The notes under the pieces are model-generated. The model ran no database searches. It had not been told where the DNA came from and worked only from the letters and a program-made list of their open reading frames with translations. From Vicugna vicugna (taxonomy: Eukaryota), in contig MU057801.1 in the NCBI GenBank assembly GCA_013265495.1, positions 2,758,765-2,822,764 on the forward strand: 64,000 nucleotides of DNA, read 5' to 3'. The position numbers and the translations under genes were made by a program. Of this stretch, positions 12,203 to 22,995 are shown one piece after another (within the stretch, counting starts at the first letter, position 1; every line of letters starts with the position of its first letter).

Positions 12203-12599
12203 GGAAGGGGTCTCACGACCATGAACCATCTGGGTCAGCAAAGGCGTTCTTCCCGTGTTCACACGAGATGGAGGCAGAGGTGACGGTGATGGGGACCTTG
12301 TCTGGCTTGGGCGCACTCCTTGTGGGTGGGCTACAGCTCACAAGCTGTAGTGGGGAAGGGGCAGGACTTTGGGCCCGAAGTCGAGTGGTTCAGCCGCCAA
12401 GCTGGCACAGGAGGCCAGTGTCCCATAGTCCGCCGGCCCAGTCTGGTCTAGGACATTGTCCCTACGTCCCACCTGTCAGCACCCTCTCCCTCTCAAGTGA
12501 CCACGTCTCAACAATAAACTCAGGACCACCGTGGGATTCGGGCACCAGCAGGGCGCTCCCAGGGCCCAGAGAGGGGGTGGTTTCCAGGACCAGGCCTGG

Positions 12600-13650
12600 A
12601 AGGGGCGCGCCCACTACACACTGGCCAGGCGCCGGCACGTGGGCGCACCCGCCGCGAGGGAAGCGGGGAAGCTGGGAAGGCGGGCGGGCTCCACTTCGGG
12701 AGGAGAGGCGGCACGCCTTACCAGCAGGGCCCTGAGTCAGCGGGGCTGCGTGGACGACTGACCCTGGCAGGAGCGGCCCAACCTTCGCAGCTTTTAGAGG
12801 GACGAGAAAGCAGGGGTCGGGAATAGGAGAGGCGTGACGGCGCCGCCTGTCCTGTGTGGCATTTTTCTATCAAAATAAGGGACTTCAGGTGCAGAGGGAC
12901 CCAAGGAAAATTCAGAACCTCCACAGCCGGTCAAGACCAAGACTGTGAGGCTGTGGGGGCGACTCCTCGGCCGCGCCGTGCGGGGCCCTGCGGGCTGGGA
13001 CAGGAGCTGCGGCCACGCCGGGACCCCGCTTCCAGGCTGAGACCCGCCGGGCTGGAGGCTGGAGGGCAGGCCGGCCGACCCCTGCGGGAAGGGCCACGGC
13101 GCCTGCGCGCTGGGCTGCGCCGCCCGCCTCCACGCCGCGCCTGCGCACTAGGCTGACGTGCGCTGCACGTGGGCGGGGCCGGGGCTCCGGGTCGGCCGGC
13201 CCGCACCCTGGGGGCGGGGGCGGCGCTGACGCCGGCGGGCGGGAGCGCAGGGAAGTGGCCTTGGTGGCCCGCGCGCTCCCCGGGGACGGGCACAGGGCCC
13301 TGCAGGGTAAGCGGCGGGCCGGGGCGCGTGCGGGTTCTGCCGGGCTCGGGGTACCTCTGCACGTGGGCCCCCGGGCACGGTGCGCTGCGCCCTGGAGAAG
13401 GGCTGCGACGGAGCAGGGCCGGCGGCCCCGGGTGTGCAGACCCAGCGCCGGGCAACGCCCCCGGCTGAAGCGGTGACTCGCACCCGGGCCTTCCCTCCCA
13501 CCTCCTCCCTGTCCGGCTCCGTCAGTTCTCCGCGAGCCCCGGACGCCGCTGCCCGGTGAGCCGCGTGATCGGTGTTGGGCAGCGGGTGGGCAAGACGGCC
13601 GGTCTCCACCCCCAGGGAGCCGGTAGCCGGGCCTCTGCGTTCATTCATGC
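12600..13650 (+). promoter_or_regulatory. ENTPD6: CpG-island promoter of ENTPD6
   Basis: Dense CpG/GC. NRF1-like GCGCCTGCGC at 13099-13108 and 13137-13147, TGACGTG at 13154-13160, E-box CACGTG at 13166-13171, GC boxes GGGCGGGG from 13171, ETS-like GGAAGT at 13251-13256. Boundaries approximate. Confidence 0.8.
13230..13306 (+). other. ENTPD6: Probable non-coding first exon of ENTPD6 (start approximate)
   Basis: Strong donor AGG|GTAAGC at 13307 just downstream of the promoter motif cluster; TSS cannot be fixed from sequence. Confidence 0.6.
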
Positions 13651-15769
13651 AGCCAGCTGCTGCTGACCCGCTCCCAGCTCAGCCGGGTGCAGATCCAGTA
13701 GGAGCAGGACAGGCCGGGGAGAAAAGCCCGTTTAAACCTACCGGGAGAATAAGAGGTGTTTTTAATGTGCTTAATTTTGTACAAGCTTTCAGCGTGTGTG
13801 GCTGTCATTTGCCTGCTCGGCCCTTTTATGTACTTTAACCTTGAAGAAACTGGCCTACAGATAAGGCGACCACCCATCCAGATCAGATGGAGCTTGTATT
13901 TCTAGGGCTGACCCGCCGTCCCCAGCTCCTAGGAAGCCGCGCGTCTCCACCCTCGCTGCCACTGCCCCACACCCAGACTCTCCTCTCTGACTCCTGTCTC
14001 CCCCGATAAAGGGATGCACCCCCACCCCAGGCAGAGTTAGCTTAGCCAAACCTGTTTCCCTTTGTGCACCTGCACCCTGCCCCACCCGCCACACCTGCCT
14101 GCTATCTCATTCCCCACCTGACTTTACTTACAGACTTGTTCTAGACTCTCTCTCCCTAAAGAACAAAACTAAACTGAAAGTGAATTGTTTTCCTTGGTGA
14201 ACCTCTGGGGAGGGCCTGATCGACACATTTTACACGTGGTGTTAGTGGTGTCACAGAAATTTGTTTTGCCTGTCCTGCAGGTGTCTTAGCTTTGAACAAA
14301 CACCTTACCCTACGGAAGGAAATTGGGTTTTTAGATTCCGGCCTCAGGGACGTGGAGGGGCCTCTGTGCCCTCTTGATGTTGTGTTCTGTTTGGCTTCTC
14401 TTTATGCCATTCTAAACTTGGTGTGTACCTTTAATGACTGTATGTATGTAATTTCCTGTGAGTTTTTTTTTTTTTTTGGTTGCCTGAAGTAGTCTTATAT
14501 TAACAGGGAAGTGAAGTGATGAAGCACCTTTGATTTGGAGACAGAAGCCGGAAACTCCTCTGTACCTTGCTGAGTGCCGGACCCCAGGCAAGTCCAGTTA
14601 CAGACCTTCCCGGGCCTTGGTGCTGTCGTGTGGAAATAAGTCGCCTCGTGTCGTGTGCTGCCAGCCTTGTGGGTCTCTAGCAACAGGATGTAGCGTATGT
14701 ATAGGGGTGCTTTGTAAGTGGGTAGGAAAATTTAACAGCAGCCTGCAAGATTTGATATACTATCTGTTACTCTGATCTTGAATATCGTAGTTCTTAGACT
14801 AACATAGGACATGATAAAATGTGACTGTGAGAAAGGAGTTTATAAAACACTTTCAAAGTTGTAAGATTATAGTATTGCTTTTATGTCCTCACCAATCATC
14901 TTTGAAAGTAGCTGCTTTAGAACTTTCTGTATAAATACTTTTGTTTAATGATCACTTAGCAACGGGAAACGCTGGGTTACTATGATCTGACAAAAGGAGG
15001 TCTATGAAAGGCTCTGCTGTAGGGTGAGGGCTGGCTGCCTGGGAGTGGCTTCCTCAGGCTCCAGCTGCAAACCTGTCGTCACTCACAGGGTCAGTTGCAC
15101 TTCTGACTGATGTCCTGCTGTCGTTTCAAACTCAGCATGTAGGAAACCTGGTCACTGCAGTCTTCTACCCAAACAGCCCCATCCCAGATGGCTTGTCTCT
15201 GCTGGTGACCACCATTTGTGTCCTGAAGCATCGTCCGTGCCTCCATCTTTCCCCGACTCCTGGTGAACTGCTAAATTGTTGGCTGGCCTCCTTCACTGCT
15301 GGCTGAGCAGCCACTGGGCTCTGGCCTTGTGTCGCAGTGGGAGACCCAGGATGAGTGGATGGTCCCTGCTTCCAGGGAGGCATCTAACCAGAGGGAAGGG
15401 AGGCACAAGTGAATCGCTCCACTGACAGCTTACTCAGGGGCGTAGTGTAAAGCACCAAGGAGCCCAGAGGAGGGGCCCCCAGCTGCCGGGGCCCAGAGCT
15501 GCAGTTAGCATCTTGGGTGGGCTTTGCAGGGGTGCAGAGAAAGGAGCAAAGGGGGAAAAATTTAAGGCAGGAGAAATCTCAGTAAGGTAGGACTTGTCTC
15601 TTTGCTCAGGAGGTGAGATGAGATTGGTAACTTTAAAACAGCTTGATTTTGATGTAAAATGAGAATTCTCCCCGTCTCATCAGTGCCTTTAGTCCTGCGC
15701 CCACAAATCTCATTTATGTGACCTGCCTGGCCTTAGAGCAACTAAAGGACTCTGTGTGTGGTGGGGTGA

Positions 15770-18700
15770 AGCACAAGTGAAGTAAACGCTACCATCTCAG
15801 CCGGTTTTAAGTGTGGAGTTGAGCAGCGTTACATGCATTGCTGCGCCCCTGCCGCCTGCCGCCTGCAGAGCTCTTTCGTCTCCCAGACTGGACCCGTCCC
15901 CTCAGACCGTGACCCCTCCCCCCTGCCTCCCCCGGCCCCTGGAGCCACTGTGCTTCCTTTGGTCTCCGTGCATTTGGCTTCTCTAGGTACCTTGTGTAAG
16001 TGGAGAATTTGTGCTTTTATGACTGGCTTACTTCACTTAGCACAGTGATTCAACCATGTTGTAGCCCGTGTCCGAGGCGCCTTCATTTTTAGGGCTGAGT
16101 AAGATTCCATTGTGTTTATGCACATAGCTGCTTTCTCCAGTCATCCGTGGATGGACATTTGGGCTGTTGCCACCTCCTGGCAGTTGTAAACAGTGCTGTA
16201 GTGAACTTGGGTGTGCAGACATGTCAAGACCCTGCTTTCAGTTCTTTTGGCTAAATACCAGAAATAGGTTTGCTGGATCATATAATAATTCTGTTTTTAG
16301 TTTTCTGAGGAACCTCCATACTGTTTGCTGTAGTGGTTGCACCACTGTAGAAGAGTTCCAGTTTCTCCATGTTCTTCCCAACTCTTGTTACTGTTTGTCT
16401 TTTTGTGGTGGCTGTCCTGGTCGGTGTGAGGTGATGTGTAACTGGTTTTTGTGTGTCTCTGGTCATTAGTGGTGCTGAGCCTCTTTTCACGTGCTTGTTG
16501 GCCATTTGAGTATCTTCTGTGGAGAGGTGTCTGTTCAGGTCTTTTGCCTGTTTTTGAATTGGGTTGGTGGTGGTTGTTGCTGTTGTTGAGTTTAGGAGTC
16601 TTCTTTATGTCCTGGATAGTCACCCTGTGTCGGGCCTGTGACCTGCAAACATTTTCTCCCTTTCTTAGGGATGCCATTTTCCTCTGTTGTCAGTGTCCTT
16701 TGCTGCACTGTGGTTTTTAATTTTGGTATAGTCCTATTTGTCTATTTTTGCTTTTGTTGCCTGTGCTGTTGGTGTCTTAAAGAAATTAGTGCCAAATCTG
16801 ATCTCATGATGCTGTTCCCCAATGTTTTCTCCTAGGAGTTTTATAGTTTTTAGATTTTTACATTTAACTCTTTATTTTGAGTTTATTTCTGTATGTGGTG
16901 TGAGGTCAGGATCCAACTTCATTGTTTTATATGTGGATATCCCGATTTCCCAATACGACTTGTTAAAAAAACAGTCCTTTCCCCACTGAATGGTCTGGGT
17001 ACCCTTGTCAAAGATCACTTGGCCAAATATGTGGCAGTCTGTTCTGGACTCTGTTCTGTTCCATTGGTCTTTGTGTCTGTCTTTACACCACTGCTACACT
17101 GTGTTGATTACTGTGGCTTTGTAATATGTTTTAAAAATCTGAATGTGTGAAGCTTCCAACTTTGTTCTTCTTTTTCAGAATTGTTTTGGTGATTTGGGGT
17201 CACTTGAAATTTCATGTGAATTTTAGGATTTTTTTTTCTGCAAAACAAAATGTTGGGTTTTTGATAAGGATTGCATGAATCTGTGAATTGCTTTGGATGC
17301 TGTTGAGATCTTAACAATATTAAGTCTTCCAATCCGTGAACATGGGCTATCTTTCTGTTTATTTGACTCTTAATTTCTTTCAACAATGTTTTGTAGTGTT
17401 CAGGGTACGAGTCTTTCATGTTCTTGGTTAACTTTATTCTTAAGTATTTTATTCTTTTTGATGCTTTTGTAAGTAGAATTGTTTGATGGGATTATAAATG
17501 GGATTATTTGATGGTATTGTAAATGGAATTGTTTTCTCAATTACCTTTTCAGATTATTCCTTGTAGTGTATAGAAACAACTGATTTTTGTGTATTGATTT
17601 GTATCTTATAATCTTGCTGAATTTGTTTATTAGTTCCAACAGTTATTTCCCCTCTTTCTGCCCAATGTGGAATCTTTAGGGTTTTCCACATACAAATGTA
17701 CCTCAGAGATATTGTGGGTTCATTTCCGAGCCACATCAATAGAGGGAATATCACAATAAAATAATTCACACAGTGGTTTTTGTCTCAGTGCATATGAAAG
17801 TTATGTTTTCACTGTACTGTGAAGTGTGCAATAATAGCATTATGGCTGTTGGAAAAATGGTGCCAACAGACTTGTACAGTGTAGGGTTGCCACACATCTT
17901 CAGTTTGTTTAAAAAAAAATGCGATATTTGCAAAGTGCAATAAAGCAAGCACAGTGAAACGCGGTGGGCTTTGTGAGCCCACATCGTCTGCAAACAGCTC
18001 ATCCTCCTTCCTCCTTCCTAACTTAGGTCCTTTTTCTTTATTCTTCTTTTCTGATTGGCCTGGCTAGAATTTCCAACACTTCGTTGAATGGAAGTGGTGG
18101 AAACGGACATCCTTTCTTGACCCCGCCCTCACAGTAAAGGTTTCAGCCTTCCGCGCTGGGCCGCAGGTTACACGCGGCTTTTATTATGGTGAGGTAGTCT
18201 CCTTCTGGTCCTGGTTTGTTGGGGGGCTTAGTTATGAAAAAGCATTAGATTTTATTAAACTTTTTCTGCACCAGTTGAGATAGTGTGGTTTTTTCCCCTC
18301 CCTGTTCTGTTCACGTGGTATGTTACCTGGGTAGGTTTTCATGGAGTGAATCACCTGGCATTCCGGGAATAACTCCACTTGGACATGGTGTGTAACCCTT
18401 TTACTATGCTGTTGAGTTCAGTTTGATGCTATTTGTTGAGGATCTTTATATTGTCATTCATAAGAAATATTGATGTGTATTTGCTTTTCTTGTAGTGTCT
18501 TTGTCTGGCTTTGATATGGGGTGATGCTGGCCTCAAAGATGAGTTAAGAAGTTGTCCCTTGTCTTCAGTTTTTGGGAAGATTATGAAAAGGACTTTTAAT
18601 TCTTCAGGTGTTTGGTAGACTCAGTAGTGAAACCATCTGGTCCAGGGCTCTGCTTTGCTGCGAGGTTTGATTGCTGATTGAGTCTTTCGAGCTGTGGCGC

Positions 18701-20790
18701 TGTTCAGACTCTGTTTCCTCGTGATTCATTTTGGTCGTTTGTGTGTTTCTAGGAGTTTGTCTGTTGGATCCAGGTTCTCCAGTCATTGGCACACAGTTGT
18801 TCATGGTACTCTCAGTCATACTTACTCTATAAAATCGATAGTAATGTTCCCTCTTCCGCTTCTGATTTTAGTTACTTGAATATTCCTTCTTTATACCTTC
18901 GTCAGTCTAGCCAAAGTCTTGTCACTTAGGTTGCTCTTTTCAAAGAACCAACTCTTGGGCTCAGGGATTTTCTCTGTTTTATTTACCCTGCTCTAATTTT
19001 TATTGTTTCCTTCCTTCTAGCTTTGTTTAGTTTGCTCTGTTTCCAGTTCCTTAACGTTAAGGTAGGTTGTTAGTCTGAGGTCTTTATCTTCTCTTAATGT
19101 AAGCATTTGCAGCTGAAAACTTGCCTCTCGGCGTCCCGTACGTTTTGGTATGTTGTGTTTTCATCTCCATCTGTCACAAGTATTTTCTCCTTTCCGCTTT
19201 CACTTCTTTTTTGATCCATTGGCTGTTCAAGAGTGTGTTGCTTGATTTCCATATATTGGGGAATTTTCCAGGTGTTTTCTGCCCTCGATTTCTAGTTTCA
19301 TTCCGTTGTGATTGGAAAAGATGCTGTGTTTGATTTTGACCTCTTCCCGTTAGTAGGACATGCTTTGTAGCCCGACGTGTCACGTGTCCTGGAGAATGTT
19401 TTATGTGCACCTGAGAAAAACGAGTTTGCTGCTGCTGCTGGTAGAGTGTCCTGTGTCTGTGCTGACCTCCTGCCTGACTTCTCTGTGCTTTGCTGGAAGT
19501 GGGATATCCAGGCCCCCGTGTCACTGCGCGGCTGGCTGTTGTCCTTCCAGTTCTGTTCGCTTCAGATGTCAAGGAGCTGCTGTATCCATGTTTACAGTTG
19601 TACATCTACTTGGTGATCTGGCCCTCTTGTCATTATGCAGCGTCTTTTTTTGTCTCTTGGGGCCGTTTTTCACTTAAAGTCCGGTATGTCTGATGTAGTA
19701 TACAGGTCCCCGCTCTGTCGGTTACTGTTTTCGCGGAGTCTTTCCACAGTCTGTGTGTGTCCTTAGACCTAAAGTGAGTCTCTTGTAGAAGCACGAAGCT
19801 GAATTCTGTTTTTTATCAGCTCAGCTAATTGCTGAAGGGAGAGGACTGACTTTTGCCGTTTCGTAATTTTCTGTGTGTCTTGTAGCTTCTTTAGCCCTCA
19901 GTTCCTGCAGGCGTTTCCTCTTTGTTAACTGGTGCCTTGTGGGAGCAACTCTGAGTCCTGCCTCATTCCCTTTGGGTGCGTGAGACCCCTTCCTTGTGGT
20001 TACACCCTGGTGTGGTGGCAGTTTAGGTTTGACACCGGCTTAACGTGAATCACACGTGCTCGGTCTCCCCTCCCCACTTTGTTGTCAGTGTCACAGGGCA
20101 CGCGTTTGTGTTCCAGAGACACAGGCTTACGATTATTTTTGTGCATTTGTCTTTTCAATCCTCTGGAAAACAAAAGGGAGTTGCAGCTCCAGTTACAACT
20201 GGTTTTTCTGTGTATCCGTGAATTTACCTTAACTGGAGATCTTCACGTGTTCTCACGGCTTCCAGTGACTCCGTGGCATCCGTTTGTTTCGGCCCGAGGG
20301 ACTCCCCTCGGCGGCTCCCACAGGCGGTCTGCTGGTGAGGAGCTCCCTCAGCTTTTCTTATCTGGGGCTGTGTTCGTTTCTTCGCTTTGCTTCAGCCTTG
20401 TCTCCGCGGCTCTGGCTCAGTAACCTCAGTGCCCTGTGCTCAGGTGCATCCTCCCCCTGCCCCGTGTGCCGTCGGGCCCCTCTGGTGAATTTTCCCACTT
20501 GGTCGCTGTGTTGCTCAGCACCACGACCACTGCTTGGCTCTTCGTTATGGTTCCTATCTTTTTGTTGTCATACGTTGTTTTTGTAATGCGTTTTAGTTCT
20601 GTGTTTTCCTTTCATTTTCTCAGCATGTCTAAGACGGTCGGTCATTTAAAGTCTTTCATCTGCAACATCCTAAGCCCGTGTTTCTTCAGGGACAGTTTCT
20701 ACTGCTTTTTCTTCATGCAAGGGGGCCATGTTTCCCCATTTCTTTGTATGCCTTGTGATTTTTTTTTCATTAAACATTCAAAAAAACAGC
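15770..20790 (-). mobile_element. Long ancient L1 (L1MB-like) in ENTPD6 intron 1
   Basis: Colinear antisense 3'UTR, ORF2 and 5' region; minus-strand ORF remnants such as MANKHVKR and HYKTLLKEIK; boundaries approximate. Confidence 0.85.
17693..17973. mobile_element. Internally deleted Tigger1 derivative nested in L1
   Basis: Both Tigger1 ends are recognisable (ACCTCAGAGATATTGTGGGTTC...; GGAAAAATGGTGCCAACAGACTTG...GGGTTGCCACA...CAATAAAGC); the L1 resumes afterwards (...TCTGCAAACAG). Confidence 0.8.
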
Positions 20791-22703
20791 TGCCTCTCTC
20801 GGTGTTTGCAGACTGGGGCTGTGCCCTGAACGACCCTCCCAAGTTGCCAGGGGGTGTCTGAGCCGGGGGTCAGCTTGAGAAGGCCTGGGCCTCGCTGGGA
20901 TTTGTTCGGAGCCTGTGTGTGTGCTGTTCCCTGGCCCCCCGCACGGGTGGCCGCTCTCACGGGTCTTCTGTCGCAGCGCTCCACCTGAGCGCCCCCTCGG
21001 GCCTTGGGTGTCCCTCGCACCCCCACCCTCAGCCTCTTGGCCCAGGCAGCCATGAGGCGGGTTGGAATGTTGCTGGAAGCTCTGCTCCAGCCCTTCGGTG
21101 TGAGGGAGGGCCTGGGGGGCCACTGCCAGGGCAGTGGGACGAGGGTGGGGGAGCACCACAGACCCACCCGCTGTCCGTACTGCGACGTTTTCCCCGCGGG
21201 GCTCCCGCTGGGCCTGTAGGCCTGCTGGGCGGTGGCAGCACAGGACAGGCTAAGGCCCTGCGCTTGGGGCTCATGGTCAGAGGGGCACGACCTTCAGGAA
21301 CGGATCCCAGAAACAGGCACCCTGACAGGTCAGATGAGGGCAGCGAGCTCGGGGAGAGCACAGGGTGGGGTCGGTTAAGCTGGGGGCATCAGGAAAGGTG
21401 GGGACAACAGCCTTCCAGCCGAGGGATGAGGACAAGGTTGGCCAGGGTGGTGGCCAGGCGTTCTGGGAATGGTTAACAGTGCACGTGAAGGGCGGAGGCA
21501 GGGAGGTTCTCAGCAGAGGAAGCAAGGGCCAGAGAGGGAGGGGTGCAGTGCAGAGGCTGGTAGGGGTCACGCTGGGGCAGCATGTGCTGGGAGCACTGGG
21601 GGCTCCTGAGGGCAGGTGAGGCAGGAGCAGGGTCTGGGAGGCTTGCCTGGGTGTGGGCAGTGCTGCAGGGGCCTGGGGTGTCCTGGTGTGGCTGTCGGGC
21701 TGAGCCCCTGAGGGCACTGTTCCATGTCCCCTCCATGCAGATGGCCTCAAGGTTGGCAGGTGCCCCCTGCACTTGTAGGCCCGGCCCCGACTCCCCGCCC
21801 TGCCCCCAGAGAGTGCAGTCTCGCTGTCCTCCAGGGCCATGACTCCTGCCACCCCGTGTCCTGGGCCAGCGCACATCCTGTGTGCCCCAGACAGCCAGCC
21901 CCTGCCAGTCGGTCACCCTACACGATCACACGCTTTCCACCCAGCATCTCCCTGTGTCCTGCCCCCGGGGCGTCACTCCACTTACCCGACTGACAGGGTG
22001 GGGTGGATGGACAGATGGCGAGCCCGCTCCCCCACCCCGCCCACCAAGAGCCCGGCGCCTTTTCTTGTCCTCGGATGGAAGCTGAGCGAATGCCTCTCTT
22101 CCAAGGGGCGCTGACCCAGACCCCGGTGCTGATTACTTATTTTGCTACTCGGATCAAGTTTTTATGGGCTCCAGAAGCATACGGGCACCATTCCCTTCTC
22201 GGCGGAAACAGGGGGACGAATGAAAGGCTGTGTCTGTTGCGAAGCTTTGAGAACCAGCCATCTCTGATCTGCCTGTGGCTCTGTGGTTCCCAGGGAACAA
22301 GATTTTAAACCTTTGAAGACTGAGCTGCTAGCATAGGAGGGAAGTGAGGACCGAAGGAAGGTGGTGGGTACGCATTTCTGTGACCCTGAAGGGCTTGGGG
22401 ACACCCAAGTTTGCCTTCACACACGTTTGCCTGGAAGGGCGCTCAGAGGGGCTGCGGGGCTGGCCCAGGCCAGCACCTGCAGGACCAGTGGCCTTGGACT
22501 CTGCGAGCCTCGGTTCCTGGTCTGTCAAGTGGGGCTTCCCCACAGGAAGTGTCTGATCCCACTGGAGAAAACGCAGTTTCTGTCTGGAGAGGCCCTGTCC
22601 CCGAGACAGGGACTTGTGAGCCACTGGGAGCTTTGCAGCCTCATGCATTCTTCCTTCCTGTCCCCTTCCACCAGCGGCGCGGCCCCGTCCTCAGCAGACG
22701 GAG

Positions 22704-22995
22704 ATGAGAAAAATACCGAATAATGGGAACCTGAGGGTGCCGAGGGTGGCGTACCCGCTGGGGCTGCTCGCGTGCCTGTTCATCTACATCGCCTACATCA
22801 AGTGGCACTGGGCCTCGGCCACCCAGGCCTTCCTCAGCATCACCGAGGCAGCGGCGGGGGCACGGCGGGGCCAGCAGGCCCACAGCCCCCCGGGGGCAGC
22901 CGCGCGCGCGCACGAGGTCTTCTACGGCATCATGTTCGACGCGGGCAGCACCGGCACCCGTGTGCACATCTTCCAGTTCACGCGGCCGCACGGAG
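22704..22995 (+). CDS. ENTPD6: ENTPD6 first coding exon (exon begins 22675; ATG 22704); TM anchor and ACR1
   Basis: Pyrimidine tract plus ccAG at 22673-22674; MRKIPNNG...[25 protein letters not shown]; donor G|gtagc at 22996. Confidence 0.96.

Noticed and set aside
12900..13650. Overlapping Pro/Arg/Gly/Ala-rich ORFs on both strands (also 44400-45120 and 50007-50908)
   Set aside because: By-product of stop-codon scarcity in CpG-rich DNA; only the PYGB frame has real homology
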